A DNA stretch of 64,000 nt, from the NCBI GenBank assembly GCA_037917675.1, contig JAVCBW010000034.1, positions 1 through 64,000 on the forward strand. The letters run 5' to 3'. The translations under genes were made by a program, and so were the position numbers. The notes below the pieces were generated by a model. It saw only the letters and a program-made list of their open reading frames with translations. It was not told where the DNA came from and ran no database searches. This DNA comes from Thermoproteota archaeon (lineage in GTDB: Archaea; Korarchaeota; Korarchaeia; B14-G2). Positions 49,647 to 57,671 of this stretch are shown here, piece after piece (position 1 is the stretch's first letter; every line of letters begins with the position of its first letter).

Positions 49647-50200
49647 ATGCTCAAGGTCACAGGAGAGAAGCTCCCAATCTGATGGAGAGGGTACTTGTAG
49701 AGAGCGAAGCTGACGGAACCCATCCTATCTCCTTCGCTTGTGGAGGGATCTTCTACACATAGCTCACTTAAGCTCTCACTCATCAGCTAGCCCTGCTATC
49801 TTAGAGGTCAGAGCTGGCTAGGCTCCTCAACACTATGGCTTGCATCAGCTCTAGCAGATGAGAGAGTAGATGGCATGTTTACTCTATAGGAGCCGATGAG
49901 AGGAGGCTGAGAAGGCTCCCGAGAGCCTTAAGCAGATGGGGCTAGCAGGCTACATGGAGGTGGTGCCCAGAGATGTGAGAGCTGCTATAAGAGGCCTCCA
50001 CCTACTACTCAACTTAGCCTTCATAGGTGGAGGGAAAGAGGAGTACAGCGCCCATCTACGACTCCTGTCAGCTAGGCTCAGGAGGGGGTCTGCTGGCTCA
50101 CAGCGTGATATCACCACACATGAGCTAGCAGGCTTTCTCAGGGAGATGACAGAGGCACGCTGCTGGATGACGACGATACTACCAGCTGGCCAAGCAGGCA
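49647..50200 (+). pseudogene. Decayed class I SAM-dependent O-methyltransferase
   Basis: Fragments across frames: AILEVRAG, STLWLASAL, LKQMGLAGYMEVVPRDV, LAFIGGGKEEY..HL; several stops and frameshifts. Confidence 0.55.
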
Positions 50201-50207
50201 TAAGCTG

Positions 50208-52010
50208 TCAATCAAAGCCTACTGAGCTCTTCGCTACACGTAGGATGTCAGGGAGTGCTTCTCTAACCTTAGCTATGTCTCTGTAGTAGGGGCGGTCTTC
50301 CCTTATCGGGAGGCCTATCAGCCTCCCTATATGGCTGTAGGCTGCTCCTGTCCCTGCTCCGAGGCTGCTGGCGCTCAGCTCTGCTGCCTCCAGCCTCAGC
50401 GATATAGCCTGAGAAGCGTTTAGCAGCTCTATTGCAAGCACCGTCTTCGCGTTCTCTAGGATCTCTCTAGCCTTCAAGGCTGCAGTCATGCTCATACTCA
50501 CATAGTCCTCCTGGTTGGCTGATGTCGGTATGGTGTCTGCTGAGGCAGGGTGTGCTAGCACCTTGCTCTCTGATGCTAGTGCTGCAGCAGTATACTGTGT
50601 TATCATGAGCCCAGACATCAAGCCGCCTCCCTCTATGAGGAATGGTGGCAGCCCCCTGTTTAAGGTAGGGTCAAGTAGCCTGAATGTCCTCCTCTCTGAG
50701 ATCATGCTCACATATGTCAAGGCTATTGCTAGCGTGTCTAATGCGAGAGCTAGAGGCTGCCCATGGAAGTTTGCTCCAGAGATGACCTCCATGCTCTCTG
50801 GGAGGACCAGAGGGTTATCGCTTACAGAGTTTATCTCGACTTCAACTATCTTCCTAGCGAACTCTATGGCCTCTCTCAGCGCGCCATGCACGACTGGAGC
50901 ACACCTTATCGAGTAGGCGTCTTGTACTCGCCCTAGCTCAGCTCTCGTGAAGTCCATGTCTGAGAGGATCTTCTTAGCCTCGCTAGCAGAGCACATGGCT
51001 AGCAGCCTATTCTCTCCTTCAGCATGGACTCTGATCCCTGCTTTAATGGATATGGCTTCAGCTAGCTTAGCTGAGCTCACACCTAAGGCTGAAAGCAGCC
51101 TCCTACTCACCTCAAGCTTAGCTCCACCAGGAGCCTCCTCGAGCTCAGTGAGCTCAGCTAAGCTGAGCCCCATCCTCCTCAGCATAGGATCTGAGCTTGC
51201 CCCTACAAGCCTGCTTCCAGCTAGGAACGCTCTAGCTAGCCTAGCGCTCTCCACCTGCCCGCTATGCGGCCTGAGCTCATGTAGCCTGCTGTCAAGGTGG
51301 TCTGTTGGCGAGAGGAGGGCCTCCATGGTCATCGCAAGCGCTAGGTCAGCTAGCTCAGCTAGAGCCTGGCTCTCATGGAGTAGGAGGCATGCTAAGCCTG
51401 CTGTAGCCTGCGTCCCATTGTTGAGTGCAAGCCCCTCCTTGTAGCTGAGCTCAAGAGGGCCGCCGACCTCTCTCAGAGCACTCTTCAGCTCCTCTCCTCG
51501 GACTCTCCTACCTCTCCAGTAGGCTTCCCCCTCCCCTATCAGAGCTAAGGCCATGTGGGATAGAGGAGCTAAGTCTCCACTTGCTCCAACAGACCCCCTC
51601 TCAGGGACAACTGGAACCAGATCCCTGTTGAGGGCTTCGGCTAAAACCTCTAGCACATGATACCTGACACCAGAGTAGCCTCTAGCAAGAGTGTTTAGCC
51701 TCACTAGCATCATTGCTCGAACAACCTCTCTAGGAAGCTCTCTCCCAACACCAGCTGAGTGGCTGAGGATCATGTTCCTCTGGAGCAAGCTAGCCTCCCT
51801 AGAGCTGACCCTGCTTTCAGCAAGAGCACCAAAGCCTGTTGTAACCCCATATACGACAGCTCCCCCCTCAACTAGCTCAACTAAAGCCTTCCACGCCTCC
51901 TCAACCCTCTCCCGCACCCCCTCAGCTATCTTGACCTCAGCTCTCCCATAAGCAACATCTACGACATCTCTGATGGTTAAGCCCTCTCCACTCACAACCA
52001 CAGCCCTCAA
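50208..52010 (-). CDS. hutH: Histidine ammonia-lyase with internal insertion
   Basis: VYGVTTGFG, LSH substrate motif, ASG (MIO) in VGASGDLAP, QDAYSIRC, NFHG, NQED. Confidence 0.95.
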   Translation of the reverse strand: MRAVVVSGEGLTIRDVVDVAYGRAEVKIAEGVRERVEEAWKALVELVEGGAVVYGVTTGFGALAESRVSSREASLLQRNMILSHSAGVGRELPREVVRAMMLVRLNTLARGYSGVRYHVLEVLAEALNRDLVPVVPERGSVGASGDLAPLSHMALALIGEGEAYWRGRRVRGEELKSALREVGGPLELSYKEGLALNNGTQATAGLACLLLHESQALAELADLALAMTMEALLSPTDHLDSRLHELRPHSGQVESARLARAFLAGSRLVGASSDPMLRRMGLSLAELTELEEAPGGAKLEVSRRLLSALGVSSAKLAEAISIKAGIRVHAEGENRLLAMCSASEAKKILSDMDFTRAELGRVQDAYSIRCAPVVHGALREAIEFARKIVEVEINSVSDNPLVLPESMEVISGANFHGQPLALALDTLAIALTYVSMISERRTFRLLDPTLNRGLPPFLIEGGGLMSGLMITQYTAAALASESKVLAHPASADTIPTSANQEDYVSMSMTAALKAREILENAKTVLAIELLNASQAISLRLEAAELSASSLGAGTGAAYSHIGRLIGLPIREDRPYYRDIAKVREALPDILRVAKSSVGFD

Positions 52011-52246
52011 AACACCACCAAAAACCCTCTATCACAGCACCTTATAACTGAGGCCCTAGCTCCAGCATCCATGTTAGCTTTAGCATCAGCCATAGCTCAC
52101 ACTAAAGCTGATGGCAGAAGGCATGGGGAGTACTCTCCATAACTGCATGTAAGCTATGCTGCACCCTTAGCCTCAACTGTAACCTGAGCATCCAGAGGCC
52201 TTATATAGTGCCCTAGGACGCTAAAGAGACGTGGACGAGAAGCTAC

Positions 52247-52833
52247 GTGTGTCGCCACCCCTCAGCTGAGGGATCAGAGTGGAAGCTGATAGCTCCATGT
52301 GGCCTCTACTGTGGTGAGTGCACAGCCTTCCTCAATGGAGAGTGTAGTGGATGTAGAGCTGGTGTTGGGCTAGCTAAGGAGTATAGGAGGCTTTGCAAGA
52401 TTGCCAAGTGCTCTGAGAGGAAGGGTATCCAGGTCTGCATAGACTGTGATGAGTTCCATGTAGGCTCTTTGAGCTCTTCAAGTCTGAGGATCTAGAGTCT
52501 AGTGCTTGGCTCCTAGATGTGTGGGTTAACATGAAGCAGGTCAGGAAGCTAGGGATATCAGAGTTCCTGAGCAGGAGGAGAAGCCGGGTTGAGGAGAGGA
52601 AAGCTTGTGCTAGGAGCATGGGAGTCAGCTTCTGTGACGAGTGTGAAGACTGGCCATGCGACCTGCTAAAGAGGCCTGTACTAGCCCCCATGGACCTCAA
52701 GCTGTTCGAAAGGCTCATGGGGGCACGAGGAGCCCTAGCTGAGCAGAGCTACGAGGTATACCCAACATTTCCAGCGTGTAGGAGCATCATGGAGGTAGCC
52801 TGCCATGCCAGCTCTCTGAGCTCATCTCCATAG
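52247..52833 (+). pseudogene. Cys-rich DUF3795-like protein split by a single-base frameshift
   Basis: APCGLYCGEC...C..C..EF then, one base off, (P)CRLFELFKS...CDECEDWPC; one C missing at about 52456. Confidence 0.75.
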
Positions 52834-53036
52834 CTCACTTACACCATAGCCTCTCAGAGGCCTGCGAGGCCATCTCGCAGCTACAGCTGCTGATCACAGG
52901 GCCTCAGCAATGTGGGTCGAGACAGCAGACACTAGCAGCATGCTTGAGTTAGGTGCCGAGTGGGTCCTCTGAAGCCTTTAAGCTGCTTTGGTAGCCTAGA
53001 AAAATTTTAATTATAGCTTAAGCTAGGTCTAGTTGC

Positions 53037-53124
53037 GGCCGGGGTGAGGTAGCCTGGTTAGCCTGGGGGCCTGTGGAGCCCCAAGCCCGGGTTCAAGGCT
53101 ATAGAGAGAGTCCCGGCCCCGGCC
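53037..53124 (+). tRNA. tRNA-His(GUG) with encoded G-1 and a 13-nt intron in the T-loop
   Basis: Acceptor GCCGGGG/CCCCGGC, D-stem AGGT/GCCT, anticodon arm GGGGC-CTGTGGA-GCCCC, T-stem CCGGG/CCCGG enclosing 20 nt; C discriminator; AT-rich promoter at about 53000-53015. Confidence 0.93.
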
Positions 53125-53708
53125 CATGCTGCTAGCTGCCTCCCAAGCTTAGCTGAGCACTTAGATCTACCTCATGCAGCTACCATAGCTATGACACCGC
53201 TAGTGGCGCTAAGATATGGGGTTAGAGGTGGTTTTCAGGCTGAACTCGCTTCAGAGGCTGTCAGCCTACTAGGCATCTAGCCTCTATCACAAGCTGCTTG
53301 GAGAGGGAGCTATAGCCCTAGTCAGCACCTTGCTTCAGCTTCCAAAGAGCTACCTTGGTCTGCAGGCTGGGGTGTAGTATTGAGAGGTGAGCTGAGGTAG
53401 CGTAGGAGATGGTGCTTCAGCTGAGGAGTATTAGCTGAGTGCTTTCATAGGTCAGCTCCAGAGTGGGCTTAGGCTGCTCTAGCAGCTCATGCAGCGTGTA
53501 TATGGCTTTTGCTGTTGCTTGGCTCAGCTGGCAACCTTTAAATAAGCTGCCTGAAGCCTCCAGGTGGGGTTGGTATGCTGCCAGCTTCTAGAAGGTTTTC
53601 CCTCTCAGCTGTAGTAGCCTCTAGTCTAGGAGGTTTTTGGGTTCATAGCTGACGGAGGCTGCCAGAGGAGGTTTCTGCAGTCAGGGAGCCTAGCTTGGAG
53701 GTGTCTGT

Positions 53709-55331
53709 TTGAGCAGGGTGTTTAAGGCTCCACGTGGAACTAGGGACTTTACCCCAGAGGAGATGGCTAAGCGTAGCTATGTTGAGAGGGTCATCAGGAG
53801 GGTCTTTGAGAGCTATGGGTTCCAGCAGGTTCAGACACCGATCTTCGAGGCATTCGCCCTCTTCGCTCTGAGGTCTGGTGAGGAGATAAGGAGCAAGATG
53901 TTTGTCTTCACAGTAGACGGAGAGGAGATGGCTCTGAGGCCAGAGGTGACGGCAGCAGTCTGCAGGATGGTCTCCTCAGGTGAGCTAGACCTGTCTAAGA
54001 AGCCTCTCCGCCTATACTACATAGGGCAGTGCTACCGCTATGAGGAGCCTCAGGCAGGCAGGTATAGGGAGTTCTGGCAGGCTGGAGTAGAGCTCATGGG
54101 CTCACCTAACCCTGAGGCTGACGCTGAGGTCATAGCTCTAGCTGTAGACGTGGTGAGGAACCTCGGGATAAGAGGCTTCGAGCTGAGAGTCGGAGACATG
54201 CGTGTCATGAGAGGCCTCCTAAGCGAATCAGGTGTGCCAGAGGAGGCTCAGAACAGGGTGATAAGCTCTCTGGATGTGCTGGAGAGCAGCATAGAGAAGC
54301 TCTCGCTCTACGCTGACAGGCTCAGAGGCAGCGGAGAGCTTGCTAGAGAGGAGCTAGCTGACCTGGGCAGGAGGCTTGATGAGCTCAGAGCATGGAAGGA
54401 AGAGGAGTATAGGAAGATGTCCTCTGGAGAAAGCGAGCTGCCAGCTAGCTTAGAGCCTCTCCTGGAAGTCGACCCCCTAGTATACAGGGTGAGGGAGCTA
54501 TATGAGAGTGGCAGGAGAGAGGAGCTAGCTGAGCTCATAGAGAAGTCGATCCGAGAGCTCAAGGAAGCCCAGAAGGCAATGTGGGTCTACTATGGAGTAG
54601 AGTATGAAGATGGAGTGGAGGTGAAGAGAGCTAAGCTGAGCACCAGCACAGCTGAGGCTCTCCTCAAGATGATGGACCTACATGGCCCAAGAGACAGCGT
54701 GCTAGATGCTGCCAAAAGCATACTCTCCAGCTATCCCTCAGCTCTAAGAGCCTTAGACGCATACAGAGAGGTCCTAGACCTGCTCCCACACCATGGGGTA
54801 GAGGAGTATGTTGCTGACCTCAGCATAGCTAGAGGCCTAGAGTACTATACTGGGATAGTCTTCGAGATCCACTGCCCATACCTAGGCGCTCAGAAGCAGG
54901 TCTGTGGAGGAGGACGCTATGACAAGCTCGTAGAGGAGTTCGGTGGCCCGAGCATGCCAGCTACAGGGTTCGCCTTAGGATTCGATAGGCTAGTCTTAGC
55001 TATGGAGAAGTCTGGTGTGAGGTTTCCGCCACAGAGGAGAGCAGATGTCTATGTGGCTGCACTCTCAGCTAACATAGTCCCATATGCCATAGAAGTCTCC
55101 AGGAAGCTCAGGGAGGCAGGGGTAAGAGTAGAGATGGACACTATGAGGAGAAGCATCAGGGAGGCGCTTTCCTTTGCATCCAAGATGGAGATGCCGTTCG
55201 TAGCGATCATAGGTGAGAGGGAAGCTGCTGAACACAAGGTCACCTTGAGGATCATGGGTGAGAGAAGGCAGGTCACACTCACCCCAGAGGATGCAGCTAG
55301 CCTAGTAGCTAGCAGGGTGGGATCACGGTAG
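53709..55331 (+). CDS. hisS: Histidine--tRNA ligase with large insertion
   Basis: PRGTRDF, TPIFE, LRPEVT, YRYEEPQAGRYREFWQ, RGLEYYTG, GGGRYD, GFALGFDR, anticodon-binding domain. Confidence 0.95.
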   Translation: MSRVFKAPRGTRDFTPEEMAKRSYVERVIRRVFESYGFQQVQTPIFEAFALFALRSGEEIRSKMFVFTVDGEEMALRPEVTAAVCRMVSSGELDLSKKPLRLYYIGQCYRYEEPQAGRYREFWQAGVELMGSPNPEADAEVIALAVDVVRNLGIRGFELRVGDMRVMRGLLSESGVPEEAQNRVISSLDVLESSIEKLSLYADRLRGSGELAREELADLGRRLDELRAWKEEEYRKMSSGESELPASLEPLLEVDPLVYRVRELYESGRREELAELIEKSIRELKEAQKAMWVYYGVEYEDGVEVKRAKLSTSTAEALLKMMDLHGPRDSVLDAAKSILSSYPSALRALDAYREVLDLLPHHGVEEYVADLSIARGLEYYTGIVFEIHCPYLGAQKQVCGGGRYDKLVEEFGGPSMPATGFALGFDRLVLAMEKSGVRFPPQRRADVYVAALSANIVPYAIEVSRKLREAGVRVEMDTMRRSIREALSFASKMEMPFVAIIGEREAAEHKVTLRIMGERRQVTLTPEDAASLVASRVGSR

Positions 55332-56518
55332 TGAATATAGCTGTAGTAGGGGAGGCAAGCTGTGGCAAGTCGATGCTCATAGGAGCTCTCCTCCATAGCC
55401 TCAGAGAGGTCCCAGATGGGTTCGTGGAGAGGCTCAGGAGAGAGTCTAAGGCTGTGTCTGGAGAGGACAGGGCCTACGCCTACCTGCTAGACAAGAGCAT
55501 GGAGGAGAGGAGGCTAGGCCATACGCTTGAGGTTAAAGCCTGCAAGCCACTAGAGCTCCATGGCACCTCAGTTAGGCTAGCTGACACACCTGGCCTCGAG
55601 AGAGGTGCTCACGGACTCATGTCAGCGTTGATGCAGGCTGATGCAGTCTTAGCTGTAGCAGACCCGACATCACATTCTATAGCTAAGCTAGAGGACTCTC
55701 TCATGACAGCAGCTCTCCTCTCAGTAGACCAGTGTATAGCTGCTATATCCAAGATGGATGCTGTAGGCTACTCAAAGCATGCATATGAGTCTACAGCACT
55801 GAAGATCGAGAGGGCAGCTGATTCAGCTGGCATAGTCCTCAAGGCTATAGTCCCAGTGTCAGCTAGGGAGCTCGAGAACATAGCTGAGCCAGGAGGGAGG
55901 ATGAGCTGGTATAGCGGCCCAACGCTAGCTGAAGCTCTAGCTGAGCTGAGAGAGCCAGAGAGGCACCTAAGCCTCCCAATGAGGCTCCCAGTCCAGAGGT
56001 ACTATGAGAGGCCAAATGTGATAGCAGGTGTGATCGCTACAGGTGTAGCTAAGGTAGGCATGGAGATCGTGCTAGCTCCATCAGGTGCCAGAGGGGTAGC
56101 TGAATCCATTGAGTCATGGGGCACTAGGCTAGAGGAAGCTGAGGCAGGTGAGGATGTTGGAGTCAAGCTCAGGGGGGTAGCGAGATACCAGGTGAAGAGA
56201 GGCTTCCTAGCTGGGCCAGCTGACAGCCCACCTAAGTCAGCTAGAGAGCTCACTGCCAGAGTGCGTGTCAAGGTGCCTGAGGCCATCAGGCCTAAGAGGT
56301 CTCTGATGGCATATGTCCACCAGGCTAGAGCTCAGTGTAGGATTCTAGAGGCAAGCCATGAAGGAGAACACACTCTGCTCAAGCTTAGAGTAGAGGATCC
56401 ACGCCCACTTCCAGTAGACGAGCATATGCCTGTAGTCAGCAGGATAGCTCTCAGAGCCCAGCTGAAGGAGTCATCTAAGACTGTAGCTGGAGGAGTCTGC
56501 ACTGAGGTGGCAGAGTGA
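55331..56518 (+). CDS. Divergent EF-1alpha-like translational GTPase paralog
   Basis: GEASCGKS, YAYLLDK..EERRLGHT, DTPG, SKMD, PVSA, WYSGPTL, domain II PMRLPVQ...AEAGEDVG. Confidence 0.85.
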   Translation: MNIAVVGEASCGKSMLIGALLHSLREVPDGFVERLRRESKAVSGEDRAYAYLLDKSMEERRLGHTLEVKACKPLELHGTSVRLADTPGLERGAHGLMSALMQADAVLAVADPTSHSIAKLEDSLMTAALLSVDQCIAAISKMDAVGYSKHAYESTALKIERAADSAGIVLKAIVPVSARELENIAEPGGRMSWYSGPTLAEALAELREPERHLSLPMRLPVQRYYERPNVIAGVIATGVAKVGMEIVLAPSGARGVAESIESWGTRLEEAEAGEDVGVKLRGVARYQVKRGFLAGPADSPPKSARELTARVRVKVPEAIRPKRSLMAYVHQARAQCRILEASHEGEHTLLKLRVEDPRPLPVDEHMPVVSRIALRAQLKESSKTVAGGVCTEVAE

Positions 56519-56845
56519 AGGCTACGCTGAAAGCCTACACCTACATGGAGCTCATGAGGTGGTGTTGGATCAGCCCCTAGAGCACAGATGGCTCCATTAG
56601 AAGGTCTGCTGGCAGAGGATTCGTGGCGAGGCTGAGAATATAGCTAGAAGCCTCCAGATAAGAGATTCGTCAGCTCTAGCAGAGCTCACCTCAGCAGGGT
56701 CAGCCATAACGCCAGCTCTCTAGAGGAGGGTGAGAAAGCATACAGGATAGCAGAGCGCTCAGCGAGCAGCCACATGTGATAGCTTCCATGCAGATGAGGC
56801 CTAAGCTGAGTAGCATGGGGTGCTGAGGGCTGCATCCAGCTTGCT

Positions 56846-57436
56846 CTAGAGCAGCCTAGCAGGCCTCCTGAGCTTCGGCTCAACAGGCTTATATGGATAG
56901 GGTTCTCCTAGCCTATCTAAGCTAGCAAGCTCACTGACGTCTCTTCTAGGCGTAGCGCTTGGCTTCTCAGCTGGGTAGCCAACCGAGATTATCGCTACTG
57001 GTATGAGAGGGCGTTTCGCGCCAACAGCTTCAAGAACAGCTTCATCGCTAAAGGCTCCAACCCAGCATGTGCCGAGCCCAAGGCTTGTGGCAGCCAGCAT
57101 GGCGAACGTAGCAGCTATCGTAGCATCCTGGATGCAGTAGAGCACTTCACCACGGCGCCCATATCTCACTCTAGACCTCTCAGGGTTAGCTAGGAAAACG
57201 AGGTCGACTGGAGCTTCAGCTATAAACCACTGCCCGAGAGCAGCTCTAGCCAGCTTAGCTCTAACACTCTTATCTCTCACGACAACTATCTCATAGGCCT
57301 GTAGGTCTCCAGCAGAGGGCGCTGAGTTAGCTGCCTCCAATATGAAGCTGACAGCTTCATCAGAGACTTCCCTATCAGAGTATGATCTGACAGACCTCCT
57401 AGATGCAAGCACATCCACAAACTCCAAGCACATCAC
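56846..57436 (-). CDS. Nitroreductase family protein
   Basis: RRSVRSY, APSAGDLQ, GLGTCWVGAF, GYP. Confidence 0.93.
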   Translation of the reverse strand: MMCLEFVDVLASRRSVRSYSDREVSDEAVSFILEAANSAPSAGDLQAYEIVVVRDKSVRAKLARAALGQWFIAEAPVDLVFLANPERSRVRYGRRGEVLYCIQDATIAATFAMLAATSLGLGTCWVGAFSDEAVLEAVGAKRPLIPVAIISVGYPAEKPSATPRRDVSELASLDRLGEPYPYKPVEPKLRRPARLL

Positions 57437-57671
57437 CTACAGCCCACAGCAGGTCTCCAGCTGACAGAGGCTACCACCTGGGTAGGAGCCTCAAAGTCAG
57501 ACTCTAGCCCCCTTATAAGCATTCCCTACAGGCGCTACATGCAGCTGACACCCAGGCAGCATCTCAGCTGGAAGATAGGCAGCTGCTAAGATCGCTGCAG
57601 CTCTAGCCTGCTGGCTGCATCTAAGCTAACGTTTTAATGTGTAGCCCTCATGTGATCTCCTGCGGTGTCGT

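Noticed and set aside
53037-53530. Integrated element at tRNA-His
   Set aside because: No duplicated tRNA 3' end and no integrase were found in the window.
53709-55331. HisZ (ATP phosphoribosyltransferase regulatory subunit) instead of HisRS
   Set aside because: Catalytic motifs and the C-terminal anticodon-binding domain are intact, and no hisG is adjacent.
50208-55331. Inteins as the explanation for the HutH and HisRS insertions
   Set aside because: No C/S...HN-C/S/T splice-junction motifs, and the inserts are too short.
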